Source: an uncultured Tessaracoccus sp.
GTDB lineage: Bacteria; Actinomycetota; Actinomycetes; Propionibacteriales; Propionibacteriaceae
Reading direction: 5' to 3'
NCBI GenBank assembly: GCA_964588895.1
Contig: CAZPSO010000001.1
Location: forward strand, 1-32,791
Length of the DNA stretch: 32,791 nt
Below, piece after piece: positions 18,415-28,317 of the stretch (positions are counted from its first letter, which is position 1; every line of letters begins with the position of its first letter). The position numbers were made by a program, and so were the translations under genes. Below the pieces are notes generated by a model, which was given only the letters and a program-made list of their open reading frames with translations, did not search any database and had not been told where the DNA came from.

Positions 18415-19542
18415 TCAGGTGCTCTGGTCAGGCATGTCCCGGCGGGGCTTGCCCTTGGAGATCCGCAAGGTCCGGCCTTCGGACTCCACATCCTCCTGGG
18501 TTTGCCTCATCTTCTCCACACGCCCGGTGTCGCGGGGTGGGAGCTGGATATTGGCCTCGGCCTCGATCCCCGACTGCAATTCCCGGGCACGCTCCAGCTC
18601 AGCGTCCACCTCCATGCCCAGCAGCAGGACCATGTTGAAGATCCACAGGGCGAACAGCAGGGCCATGACCGTGCCGATCGCGCCGTAAGAGCTGTAGCCC
18701 GCGAACAGCGAGAGATAGAAGTAGAGGGCGATGCCTGCCAGCGCGATTCCGACGATGGCCACCACGGCGCCCAGGCTGATCCAACGGAACTTGGGCTGGC
18801 GCACATTGGGGGTCAGGTAGTACAAGATGGCGATCATTGCCACCAGCAGCGCCAGGATGACAGGCCACTTGACCCAGGCCCACACCGGCAGGAAGGTGCG
18901 CAGGGAGAAGTCGAGCAGCCCCTCAAGGCCCAGCGGCCCGGCGATGGGGCCAAGCACCCCCTGCACCAGCGGTTCGCTGAGGGCCAGCGCCACCAGGATG
19001 AGGACGATGCCGAGCAACATCGCCAGTGTGGTGATCAGCATGGTGCCGGTCTGCTTGACCAGTCCCCGACCCTCCTCGCGCCCGTAGATCTGGTTGGCGG
19101 AGCGGGAGAATGCCTTCACATAGGCCGACGCCGACCACAGCGCCGTCGCGATGCCGATGATCAGGGCGATGATGCCACCAGAGGCCGATCCTGTGACGGT
19201 GTCGACGAGGTCCACCACGAGGGCTTGGTAGTCAGCAGGAACGTATTCGCTCACCAGCCCGTCCACCAGCGTGGTGATCTCCTCGGCGTTGCTGGCCAGG
19301 AAGAGCGAGAGGATGGAGAACACGGCCAGCAGTGCAGGCGCCAGGGACAGCACCGTGTAATACGTCAGCGTCGCGGCCAGGTCCACCCCCCTGTCGGCGG
19401 TGAACTCCTTCACGGCCCGCTTCAGGGCGTACTTCCAGCTGGCCCCGGTCAGCTTCGGCGGACTGTCCGGCTTCTTCGAGCTCTCGGGAGATGGAGCGTC
19501 TGCGGCTTCCAGTGTGTCGTCGATGTGGTCTTGACTCGGCAT
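18415..19542 (-). CDS. YihY/BrkB-family inner membrane protein
   Basis: AATLTYYTVLSLAP, LYYLTPN, YGAIGTVMALLFALW, GMEVDAELER; AGGAG RBS. Confidence 0.92.
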   Translation of the reverse strand: MPSQDHIDDTLEAADAPSPESSKKPDSPPKLTGASWKYALKRAVKEFTADRGVDLAATLTYYTVLSLAPALLAVFSILSLFLASNAEEITTLVDGLVSEYVPADYQALVVDLVDTVTGSASGGIIALIIGIATALWSASAYVKAFSRSANQIYGREEGRGLVKQTGTMLITTLAMLLGIVLILVALALSEPLVQGVLGPIAGPLGLEGLLDFSLRTFLPVWAWVKWPVILALLVAMIAILYYLTPNVRQPKFRWISLGAVVAIVGIALAGIALYFYLSLFAGYSSYGAIGTVMALLFALWIFNMVLLLGMEVDAELERARELQSGIEAEANIQLPPRDTGRVEKMRQTQEDVESEGRTLRISKGKPRRDMPDQST

Positions 19543-19675
19543 GGCGGTGACTCCTAAATCGGATACCGGCGTGACCCGGGGAGATCACTATATTGCGCGG
19601 GAGTTCCGTCGCAGGGGGTTCGTGGCAAGCGGTGATGTTGGATCGAAGACTTCCTGGTGCGCCCCCGGCTCGTTG

Positions 19676-21037
19676 CTAGATGTTCCAGTTGGTTGGCCCC
19701 GCGCCCCCGGCGATGTACTCGTCCATGGGCACCAGACCCTCTTCCCACACTCTCATCACGGGCTCGATGATCCGCCAGCACTCCTCCGCCACGTCGCCGC
19801 GGACGGTCAGCAGTGGATCGCCCCGGAAGATGGAATCGAGGATTTCACCGTACGGCCTGAGCGGACTCTCGGCCAGATCCGTGGCCAGCACCGACTGGCT
19901 CAACTGGAAGCGGTTGGACTCGATGGTGGTGGACAACCCCAGCTTGAGGTTGGCGGGTTTCATGCCGATGCTCAGCACGTTCGACGGTACATCGGTGAAG
20001 CCCTCGGGCGCATGGTCCACCGGGCGGAAGGCGACGGTGATTCCGTTGCGCGCATCTCCGAGCGCCTTGCCGCTGCGTAACCGGAACGGAACACCAGCCC
20101 ACCGGTCGGTGTTGATCCTGACGGTGACCTCGGCGAGCGTCTCCGTGTTTCTCGCGGCATCCACGCCCGGCTCGTCGACGTAGTTGGGGATCTTCTCACC
20201 ACCGATCGTGCCGGCCGTGTACCGCGCGCGCCGTGATGAGGCGACGGGGTCGTCGTCCCACAAGTGGGTGTGGCGCAGCATGAGGGCAATCAGGTCACGG
20301 ACGTCGCGCTCGTTGAGCGACGGCGGCTCCTCCATCGCGAACAGCGCGAGTACCAGCAGGAGATGGCTCTGGATCATGTCCTTCATCGCGCCGGCGCCGT
20401 CGTAGTAGAGGGCGCGGTCCTCCAGCGCCAGCACCTCGTCGACCGTGATCTCGACGCGCTCGATGTTGTGGTTGTTCCAGCTCTTCTCGAAGATCCGGTT
20501 GGTGAACCGCAGACCCAGGAGGTTGAGCACCACCGATTTGCCGAGGAAGTGGTCGATGCGGAAGATCTGGTTCTCCGGCACCAGACCAGCCAGGAGGTCG
20601 TTGAGTTGGCGGGCGGTGTCGAGGTCGGCACCGAACGGCTTCTCCAGGCCGAGCCGGAGCCCTTCCGGGATCTCGATGGTGGTGAGGGCTTTGCACAGGG
20701 CGATGGTGACCGACGGCGGGAGCGCCAGATACAGCACCGGCGCCTCCCCCAGACCCTCGAGCAGGGTACGCAGGGCGTCCGCGCTGGTGAGGTCGAGCTG
20801 TTCGTAGCGGGTGGTGGCCAGGACCCTCTCGAGGCTTGCCCGGGAGCACTTGCTGCCCAGCGCTTGCCGAACACGCTCGACCCACTCGTCCTGGGACAGC
20901 TCGTCCACGGCGCAGCCCACGAGCGTCACGTCATACTCGGGATCGGTGTGGAGCAGGGTGCCAAGACCAGGCAGGAGCAGGCGTTCAGCCAGGTCGCCGG
21001 AGGCGCCCAGGACGGCGAGCGTGACGGGAACAGTCAT
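19676..21037 (-). CDS. zwf: Glucose-6-phosphate 1-dehydrogenase
   Basis: GASGDLA, EKPFG, RIDHFLGK, DMIQSHLL, RWAGVPFRLRSGK; TACAGT -10 element 6 nt before ATG. Confidence 0.93.
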   Translation of the reverse strand: MTVPVTLAVLGASGDLAERLLLPGLGTLLHTDPEYDVTLVGCAVDELSQDEWVERVRQALGSKCSRASLERVLATTRYEQLDLTSADALRTLLEGLGEAPVLYLALPPSVTIALCKALTTIEIPEGLRLGLEKPFGADLDTARQLNDLLAGLVPENQIFRIDHFLGKSVVLNLLGLRFTNRIFEKSWNNHNIERVEITVDEVLALEDRALYYDGAGAMKDMIQSHLLLVLALFAMEEPPSLNERDVRDLIALMLRHTHLWDDDPVASSRRARYTAGTIGGEKIPNYVDEPGVDAARNTETLAEVTVRINTDRWAGVPFRLRSGKALGDARNGITVAFRPVDHAPEGFTDVPSNVLSIGMKPANLKLGLSTTIESNRFQLSQSVLATDLAESPLRPYGEILDSIFRGDPLLTVRGDVAEECWRIIEPVMRVWEEGLVPMDEYIAGGAGPTNWNI

Positions 21038-21189
21038 GGGCCCACTGTACGCAGCCCCTTCCCTGCGCCGGCAGGAATCGGCGTGCTGCCGGATGGGGTA
21101 GCAGGCCGGTTCAGGAGCGATCCTGGCTGACGCACCAGCTCCTCCGCCAGCAAGCTCCCCCTCACGGCGGCGACGGTACGGTGTCTCTC

Positions 21190-22539
21190 ATGGCACTCCT
21201 GGACCTCAGCGCCCGCCACCTCGCCCACGAGCTCCGCCGGGGTGAGAGCAGCGTCGCGGCGCACGTGGGGAGGGTCTTCGAGCGCATCCGCATCCTCGAT
21301 GGCTGGTACCAGGCGTTCTCGCAGCTGCGCGTCGCCGCGGCCCTTGCGGATGCCGCCCACCTGGACCGTCTTGCTCCCGACGAGCGGGAGGTCCTGCCCC
21401 TGTTCGGGGTGCCGGTGGCCATCAAGGAGGAGATGGACGTGGCCGGGCTGGTCACCACGCTGGGAGGCCGGGGCAACAGCACGCCGTCGCCGGTGGACTC
21501 GGAGGTGGTGGCCCGTCTGAGACGTGCGGGAGCGATCGTCGTCGGCAAGACCAACATGCCGGAATTCGGACAGGCCCCGTACTCCGACGGCGCCTGGGGC
21601 TCCACCCGCAGCCCGTGGCACGGCGGCCGCAGCCCGGGCGGCTCGTCGGGCGGCTCCGCGGTGGCGGTGGCGACGGGCATGGTCCCCGTAGCGCTGGGCG
21701 GCGACAGTGGTGGCTCCATCCGGGTACCCGCCGCATGGACGGGCATCGCCGGGATGAAGCCCACTCGCGGGCTGGTGCCCACCGACCCAGTCCCGGACCT
21801 GTGGCACCGCTTGGGCACGTTCGGCCCCCTGGCGCGCGACTTCGACGACGTGGCCCTGCTGCTGGAAGCCATGGCCCCTGACGGCCCTGCCGGCCTGATG
21901 CCCCGGCCACTGCGCGTCGGCTGGACCCTCGAGTGCACGTTGCGCGGACTCAGGCCCGACCCGCTCATTGCCGAGGCGGTGGAGCACGCGGCACGGGTCC
22001 TGGCCACGGACGGCCACAACGTGCACAAGGGCAATCTCCGCTGGGCCGGCAGTCCGGCCACCCTGCTGGTCCAGAGCTGGTTCGGCATCAGGGACGAGGC
22101 GGCGCGCATGGAGCACCCGGACAAACTGGAGAAGCGTTCGCGTCAGGCCGCCCGTCTGGCAAACGTCCTGCCCCGGGCCGCGCTGGAGTGGGCGCTGCGC
22201 TCCAACGACCGCATCGAGGCGGCTTCCCGCCGGATATTCCGGGATCTGGACATCCTGTTGACGGCGGTCACTCCCCAATTGCCGCCACCCACCCCGCGGC
22301 TGCACCACATGGGCACCTTCCGCTCGCAGCTTGCCTCCACCACCGCGGTGGCCTTCACCGGGTACTGGAACATGGCGGGCAATCCGGCCGCGAGCGTCCC
22401 CGTCGGTCTGAGCCCGCACGGTCTGCCCCTGGCCGTTCAGGTGATCGGCGCCCACGGTCGGGACCGGACAGTTCTGGAGGTGGCGCGTCGGCTCGCCGTG
22501 CCACTCACCCCATCCACCGCGGCATCCGCCGCTGAATGA
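21190..22539 (+). CDS. Amidase signature family protein
   Basis: GVPVAIKE, GKTNMPEF, GGSSGGSA, GGDSGGSIRVPA; TACGGT -10 element 7 nt before ATG 21190. Confidence 0.92.
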   Translation: MALLDLSARHLAHELRRGESSVAAHVGRVFERIRILDGWYQAFSQLRVAAALADAAHLDRLAPDEREVLPLFGVPVAIKEEMDVAGLVTTLGGRGNSTPSPVDSEVVARLRRAGAIVVGKTNMPEFGQAPYSDGAWGSTRSPWHGGRSPGGSSGGSAVAVATGMVPVALGGDSGGSIRVPAAWTGIAGMKPTRGLVPTDPVPDLWHRLGTFGPLARDFDDVALLLEAMAPDGPAGLMPRPLRVGWTLECTLRGLRPDPLIAEAVEHAARVLATDGHNVHKGNLRWAGSPATLLVQSWFGIRDEAARMEHPDKLEKRSRQAARLANVLPRAALEWALRSNDRIEAASRRIFRDLDILLTAVTPQLPPPTPRLHHMGTFRSQLASTTAVAFTGYWNMAGNPAASVPVGLSPHGLPLAVQVIGAHGRDRTVLEVARRLAVPLTPSTAASAAE

Positions 22540-22565
22540 GGGATCCTCACCACCCTTTGCTCCGA

Positions 22566-22640
22566 GTTGAGCGTGGGTCACTCAACCCCCGGTTGACTTT
22601 TTCCAGTCCGCCTCCTAGAGTTGAGTCATCGACACTCAAC
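22566..22640 (+). promoter_or_regulatory. Two HAIR (HspR) operators around a housekeeping-sigma promoter
   Basis: GTTGAGC-N7-ACTCAAC (22566-22586) and GTTGAGT-N7-ACTCAAC (22620-22640) versus consensus CTTGAGT-N7-ACTCAAG; -35 TTGACT (22593) with 17 nt to -10 TAGAGT (22616). Confidence 0.88.
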
Positions 22641-22666
22641 CCCATCGAATCAATGAAGGAGTAGAT

Positions 22667-23119
22667 ATGATGGCACGCACGTTTGACCCGTTCCGCGAGA
22701 TGGATCGCCTCTTCGGCGAGGTGACCCGCCAGCCCGGCATGAGCATGGATCTCTACCAGCAGGGCGACCAGTTCGTGGCCGAGTTCGATCTGCCGGGCGT
22801 CGACCCGTCCTCGATCGATATTGACATCGACGACCGGACGCTGACCGTCCGCGCCGAACGTACTTCCAAGGGCGCCACGGAGGATTCCAAGTGGCTGACC
22901 CGCGAGCGCGTCAGCGGCACCGTCGCCCGCCAGCTGGCACTGGGCCACGGCATCGACGCTTCCAAGATTGGAGCCGACTACAGCGACGGTGTCCTCACCG
23001 TCACCATTCCGGTGGCCGAAGAGTCCAAGCCCCGGAAGATCTCGGTGCAGCACACCGGCGGCAGCAAGGAGATCGGTGGGGAGACCATCGAGGGTGAGAC
23101 CGCGGGCGGCGACGCCTGA
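22667..23119 (+). CDS. Hsp20/alpha-crystallin small heat-shock protein
   Basis: FDPFREMDRL, DLPGVD, ADYSDGVLTVTIPVAE..KPRKI; AAGGAG RBS. Confidence 0.96.
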   Translation: MMARTFDPFREMDRLFGEVTRQPGMSMDLYQQGDQFVAEFDLPGVDPSSIDIDIDDRTLTVRAERTSKGATEDSKWLTRERVSGTVARQLALGHGIDASKIGADYSDGVLTVTIPVAEESKPRKISVQHTGGSKEIGGETIEGETAGGDA

Positions 23120-23141
23120 TCCGCTTCACCCACGCAACGAC

Positions 23142-23171
23142 GGAGGGGCGGCCCACACGGGCCGCCCCTCC
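23142..23171. terminator. Intrinsic, probably bidirectional terminator between hsp20 and xfp
   Basis: GGAGGGGCGGCCC-ACAC-GGGCCGCCCCTCC, 13-bp stem. Confidence 0.85.
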
Positions 23172-23195
23172 TTCGTGTCTGTCCAGCCGCTCCGG

Positions 23196-25667
23196 CTACT
23201 CGTTGTCACCCCCGGTCAGTGTGGTGGCGTCCTGGCTCGCGTCGGCCGCCTCGTCGTCCCACTGCCAATTGGCCACGGAGGGAAGGTCCTCGCCGTGCTC
23301 CCGCGTGTAGACGCGGGCCGACGTGCGCGCGTCGGCCATGTACTGGCGCAGGTTGGCGTACTTCGAGCCCAGTGACGGGACCCTGTCGATCACGTCCATC
23401 ACCAGGTGGAACCGGTCCAGGTCGTTCAGCATCACCATGTCGAAGGGCGTGGTGGTGGTGCCCTCCTCCTTGTAACCGCGCACGTGCAGGTTGGCGTGCC
23501 CGTTGCGACGGTAGGTGAGGCGGTGGATCAGCCACGGGTACCCGTGGTAGGCCATGATGATCGGCTTGTCCGTGGTGAACAATGTGTCGAAGTCGCGGTC
23601 CGACAGACCGTGTGGATGCTCCTTCTCGTCCTGGAGGCGCATCAGGTCCACCACGTTGACCAACCGGATCTTGAGGTCGGGGATGGCCTCGCGCAGCATC
23701 TTGGCCGCCGCCAGGGTCTCCAGGGTGGGGACGTCACCCGCGCAGGCCAGCACGACGTCGGGATCCTCCCCCTCCACCTCCGTCCCCGCCCAATGCCAGA
23801 TGCCGATGCCGCGGGTGCAGTGCTTGACCGCCTCGTCCATCGACAGCCAGTTGGGGGAGGGTTGCTTGCCCGCCACCACCACGTTGACGTACTGGCGGGA
23901 CCGCAGGACGTGGTCCCACGTCGACAGCAGCGTGTTGGTGTCCGGCGGCAGGTAGACGCGGATGATGTCGCTCTTCTTGTTGACCACGTGGTCGATGAAG
24001 CCGGGGTCCTGGTGCGAGAAGCCGTTGTGGTCTTGGCGCCACACGTGGGAGCTCAGCAGGTAGTTCAATGACGCGATGGGCCGACGCCAAGCCAGGTGGT
24101 TGGTGACCTTGAGCCACTTGGCGTGCTGGTTGAACATGGAGTCGATGATGTGGATGAACGCCTCGTAGGAGCTCAGCATCCCGTGACGGCCCGTGAGCAG
24201 ATAGCCCTCCAGCCAGCCCTGGCACTGGTGCTCGGAGAGCACTTCCATCACACGCCCGGCCCGCGCGAGGTGGTCGTCATCGTCCGTGGGCAGGAAGTCG
24301 GCATTCCATTGCTTGTCGGTGACTTCGTAGACGTTCTGCAACCGGTTGGAGGCGGTCTCGTCGGGTCCGAAGATGCGGAAGTTGTCCGGATTCATCTTGA
24401 CGACGTCGCGCAGGAAGGTGCCGAGCATGCGGGTGGCCTCGGTGATCGGCGCGCCCGGGCTGGAGACGTCGACGGCGTAGTCGCGGAAGTCCGGCAGGCG
24501 CAGGTCCCGCAACACCACGCCACCGTTGGTGACGGGGTTGGCGGACATCCGGCGGACACCCTCGGGTGCGAGGGCCGCCACCTCCTCGCGGAGTCGCCCG
24601 GTGTCGTCGAACAGTTCGTCGGGGCCGTAGCTCGTGAGCCAGGCCTCCAGGTCGGCCAGGTGCTCCGGGGTGTCCCGTGCGCTGTCCAGCGGCACCTGGT
24701 GCGAACGCCACGAATCCTCGGTGCGTTTGCCGTCGATCTCCTTCGGGCCAGTCCAGCCCTTCGGCGTGCGCATCACGATCATCGGCCACATCGGGCGCTC
24801 GATGTCCTCGCCGCGCTCGGCCGCATCCGCGGCGCGCTGCTTGATCTCGGCGATCTCGTCGAGGCAGTCGTCCAACACGCGGGCGAACCGCGCATGGTAG
24901 GAGGCCGGCTCCTCGTCATCGAAGCCCCCGGTGAAGAAGTGGGGCTTGTGGCCCTGGCCCACCATCAGTGCCTCCAACTCCCTTTCCGGGATGCGGGCCA
25001 GCACCGTCGGGTTGGCGATCTTGTAGCCGTTGAGGTGCAGGATGGGCAGCACCACCCCATCGTGGTGGGGGTTGACGAACTTGTTGGAGTGCCACGAGCC
25101 GGCCAGCGGGCCCGTCTCGGCCTCGCCGTCGCCCACCACCGTGAACACCAGGAGGTCCTTGTTGTCGAACGCGGCGCCGTAGGCGTGGCTGAGCGAATAC
25201 CCCAGCTCGCCGCCCTCGTGGATGGAGCCCGGCACCTCGGGAGCGACGTGACTGGGGATGCCGCCCGGGAACGAGAACTGCTTGAACAGGCGCTGCATCC
25301 CGTCCTCGTCCTGCGTCACGTTGGGGTATGTCTCCGACCAGGCGCCCTCCAGGTATGTGTTGGCCACCAGACCTGGGCCACCGTGACCGGGTCCGGTGAT
25401 GTACATGGCGTTCAGGTCGCGTTCCCTGATCGCCCGGTTGGCGTGCGCGTAGACGAAGTTCAGACCCGGGGTGGTGCCCCAGTGGCCAAGCAGGCGCGGC
25501 TTGACGTCATCGCGCGACAGTTCCTCGCGCAGGAGTGGATTGTCCAACAGGTAGATCTGGCCCACGGACAGGTAGTTGGCCGCTCGCCACCAGGCGTGGA
25601 TGGTCTCTGCGGTCTCTTCGGGGATCTGCTCCGGAGCATCGTCGGGACGGAATCGCCACGTGTTCAT
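23196..25667 (-). CDS. xfp: Xylulose-5-P/fructose-6-P phosphoketolase
   Basis: [57 protein letters not shown]; AGGAGA RBS before ATG 25667. Confidence 0.97.
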   Translation of the reverse strand: MNTWRFRPDDAPEQIPEETAETIHAWWRAANYLSVGQIYLLDNPLLREELSRDDVKPRLLGHWGTTPGLNFVYAHANRAIRERDLNAMYITGPGHGGPGLVANTYLEGAWSETYPNVTQDEDGMQRLFKQFSFPGGIPSHVAPEVPGSIHEGGELGYSLSHAYGAAFDNKDLLVFTVVGDGEAETGPLAGSWHSNKFVNPHHDGVVLPILHLNGYKIANPTVLARIPERELEALMVGQGHKPHFFTGGFDDEEPASYHARFARVLDDCLDEIAEIKQRAADAAERGEDIERPMWPMIVMRTPKGWTGPKEIDGKRTEDSWRSHQVPLDSARDTPEHLADLEAWLTSYGPDELFDDTGRLREEVAALAPEGVRRMSANPVTNGGVVLRDLRLPDFRDYAVDVSSPGAPITEATRMLGTFLRDVVKMNPDNFRIFGPDETASNRLQNVYEVTDKQWNADFLPTDDDDHLARAGRVMEVLSEHQCQGWLEGYLLTGRHGMLSSYEAFIHIIDSMFNQHAKWLKVTNHLAWRRPIASLNYLLSSHVWRQDHNGFSHQDPGFIDHVVNKKSDIIRVYLPPDTNTLLSTWDHVLRSRQYVNVVVAGKQPSPNWLSMDEAVKHCTRGIGIWHWAGTEVEGEDPDVVLACAGDVPTLETLAAAKMLREAIPDLKIRLVNVVDLMRLQDEKEHPHGLSDRDFDTLFTTDKPIIMAYHGYPWLIHRLTYRRNGHANLHVRGYKEEGTTTTPFDMVMLNDLDRFHLVMDVIDRVPSLGSKYANLRQYMADARTSARVYTREHGEDLPSVANWQWDDEAADASQDATTLTGGDNE

Positions 25668-25861
25668 CTTTCTCCTTCTCGGCTGGCTCCCCATGGACGT
25701 GGGAGGGGGTCGCTGTCCATCTTCGTCGTGATGCGGCGCGGGTGTGTCGATACCCGACAACTCGGCGGCGGGGGCCGGCGCGAGAGCCCGATCCGCCCCC
25801 CGGGCATGCCGGAGGCCGTAGCCTGAGGAGCGAAGCGACCCACCAATGAAGGAAGGCCCAC

Positions 25862-27346
25862 ATGAGTCCCGCCAGCGACGTCATTCTCGGACTGGACGTC
25901 GGCACCACCGCCGCCAAGGCGTCCCTGTTCTCGATCGACGGCGACGTGCGCGAGACGGTGTCCGCCGAGTACCCGCTGCTCAACCCGCAGCCGGGCTGGC
26001 ACGTGCAGGATCCGGACACGATCGCCGAGGGTGTGCTGAGCGCCATTGCCGGTGTGGTGACGCGGGTGGACGCGTCGCGCGTGATCGGCATCTCCATCAG
26101 CACGGCGATGCATGGCCTGATCGGCCTGGACCTGGACATGCGGCCGGTGACGGAGCTGCTCACCTGGGCCGACTCACGTGCACGCCTGCAGGCGGACGTC
26201 CTGAACGAGCACGCCACCGGCCCACGACTCCACTACACCAGCGGCACCCCCACGCATCCCATGTCCCCCATGGTGAAGCTTCGCTGGTTCAAGGAGACCC
26301 ATCCGGACATCCTCACGGGAACCCCCCACTGGGTGGGCCTGAAGGACTGGATCCTGGTGGTCCTGACGGGTCAGGTGGCCACGGAGTTGTCGTCGGCCTC
26401 CGGCACCGGGATGCTGGACATGGAAGACCGTGCCTGGAACCCCGAGGCGCTCGACATCGCCGGGCTGCGCCCGGACCAACTGCCCCCGATCCATGACACC
26501 ACGGACATGCTTCCCCTTTCTGCCACAGCCGCCAACGCCACCGGCCTGACGGCGGGGCTGCCGATCGTCGTCGGGGCTGGCGACGGCCCCCTCGGCAATC
26601 TGGGAACCGGCGCCATGGAACCCGGCCGGGCTGGTCTGTCCATCGGCACCAGCGGTGCGGTACGCATGGTGGTGCGCGCACCGGCCGTCGTCTCGGGGCT
26701 GTTTTGCTACGCGCTCACCCGCGATGTGTGGGTGGCCGGCGGGGCGGTCAGCAACGGGGGCTTGGTGCAGCGATGGCTGACCGAGACCTACGCGCCCGGG
26801 GCCACGGACGCCGAGGCCTGCCGCCGAGCCGAACTCATCCCTCCCGGCTCCGAGGGGCTCGTCATGGTTCCCTACCTGGTGGCCGAGCGTGCCTCATTGT
26901 GGGACTCGGAGATCCGGGGCGCCTTCCTGCACGTCCGCCGTGCACACACCCCGGACCACTTCATCCGCGCCGGCATCGAGGGGGTCGCCTTCCAACTGTG
27001 GACCATCCTGCGCCGCCTACGGATGATCAACCGGGTGGAGGAGATCCGCGCCACGGGCGGAGTGTTCTACTCGCAGGTGTGGCGTGACGTCGTGGCCGGG
27101 GTCCTCAACCGTCCCCTCACCGTGACGGCCGGGGCCGAGGGCTCCGGGTTGGGTGCCGCCATCCTCGGGGCCAAAGCCCTTGGAGTGGTCGACGACCTCC
27201 AAACCGGCTACCAGCTGCTCCGCGGGGACGCGGTCGAGACCCAAGTGGGGGTAACCGACGCCGCCCGCGAGGTCTACGAGGCGATGCACTACCGAGTGCC
27301 GCAACTGCTGCAGAACTTCGGCCGTTTGGGCGCCGACCTGCGCTGA
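25862..27346 (+). CDS. gntK: FGGY-family gluconokinase
   Basis: [55 protein letters not shown], resembling Bacillus-type GntK. Confidence 0.88.
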   Translation: MSPASDVILGLDVGTTAAKASLFSIDGDVRETVSAEYPLLNPQPGWHVQDPDTIAEGVLSAIAGVVTRVDASRVIGISISTAMHGLIGLDLDMRPVTELLTWADSRARLQADVLNEHATGPRLHYTSGTPTHPMSPMVKLRWFKETHPDILTGTPHWVGLKDWILVVLTGQVATELSSASGTGMLDMEDRAWNPEALDIAGLRPDQLPPIHDTTDMLPLSATAANATGLTAGLPIVVGAGDGPLGNLGTGAMEPGRAGLSIGTSGAVRMVVRAPAVVSGLFCYALTRDVWVAGGAVSNGGLVQRWLTETYAPGATDAEACRRAELIPPGSEGLVMVPYLVAERASLWDSEIRGAFLHVRRAHTPDHFIRAGIEGVAFQLWTILRRLRMINRVEEIRATGGVFYSQVWRDVVAGVLNRPLTVTAGAEGSGLGAAILGAKALGVVDDLQTGYQLLRGDAVETQVGVTDAAREVYEAMHYRVPQLLQNFGRLGADLR

Positions 27347-27409
27347 GCCTGTACCCACGCCCCTGGGGAGCCGGGCGCGGGTTTGGCGGGGACAGTCGAC
27401 GCCGTTAGT

Positions 27410-28261
27410 TCAGGCCAGCGAGATCCGCTGCACCATGGTGTGGGAGTTACCGGGTTCCAGTGTGATAGCCGCCTCGAGGGCATTGGCCGCCTCAATGCAG
27501 ATCATCCCGGGCCACTCGTCGTCGCCGAAGTCGGGCATGGCGGCGGACTTGTCCACCCACGGGTTCCAGACCACGGTGTTGGCCGAACCCTCCTTGCTGA
27601 TGACCAGCGTGCGGCCCGTGGCGGGGTCCTCCAGCGTGACCTCGCCGGTGCTGAGGTAGACCCGGTCCGTCTCGCCGGTGATGGTGACGTCGCCGTCCTG
27701 GGTGAGCCAGGTGCCGGCCACCTTGTCCAGATACCGGGCCCCGTCGAGACCGGCCACCCGGGCCTGGCGCACGTCTCCCACGGCCAGGTAGGTGTGCAGT
27801 GCTTCTTCGTAGGTGATGGGTTCCACGTCGTCGTTGGTGACGGTGAACTCCACAACCAACTCCTGGCTCCCGAACGTGACGTTCAGACGCGCGGAGTACT
27901 TGTGCGGCCAGTGCGGCTGCGCCACGGCGGTGGTCGAGTCGATCGCGTACTCCACGCGCAGGCCTCCGTCATCGGTGTGGGAGTCGTCGATGAGCTCCCA
28001 TTCGTTGAGCCGGGCGAAGCCGTGCGCGGGCTGGAGGTCTCCGCTGGGTCCGGGACCAAACCATGGGAAGCACACGGGCATGCCGCCGCGGATGGGCTGG
28101 CCAGCCTCATACATGGACTTGCCGCTCATCCACAGCACCGCCTCGTGCCCTTCCGGCTGCCATGCCCAGACGTGGGCGCCGTGGTGGTATACGCCGTAGT
28201 GACGGGTCTCGTCGCGCAGTTCGATGCCGCGTAGTGGGTTCACGGTGATCTCGTGGGCCAT
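27410..28261 (-). CDS. D-hexose-6-phosphate mutarotase (glucose-6-P 1-epimerase)
   Basis: IRGGMPVCFPWFG, HGFAR, ALHTY, ETDRVY, VVWNPW, MICIEAAN. Confidence 0.94.
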   Translation of the reverse strand: MAHEITVNPLRGIELRDETRHYGVYHHGAHVWAWQPEGHEAVLWMSGKSMYEAGQPIRGGMPVCFPWFGPGPSGDLQPAHGFARLNEWELIDDSHTDDGGLRVEYAIDSTTAVAQPHWPHKYSARLNVTFGSQELVVEFTVTNDDVEPITYEEALHTYLAVGDVRQARVAGLDGARYLDKVAGTWLTQDGDVTITGETDRVYLSTGEVTLEDPATGRTLVISKEGSANTVVWNPWVDKSAAMPDFGDDEWPGMICIEAANALEAAITLEPGNSHTMVQRISLA

Positions 28262-28317
28262 GTCGGTTACCTTCCGGGAGATGGCGTGGGGCTTTCAGCG
28301 TAGTGCTCCGCGCTCTC

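Noticed and set aside
28106-28112. Third GTATGAG occurrence (minus strand)
   Set aside because: Inside the mutarotase CDS with no flanking stem, so a chance match.
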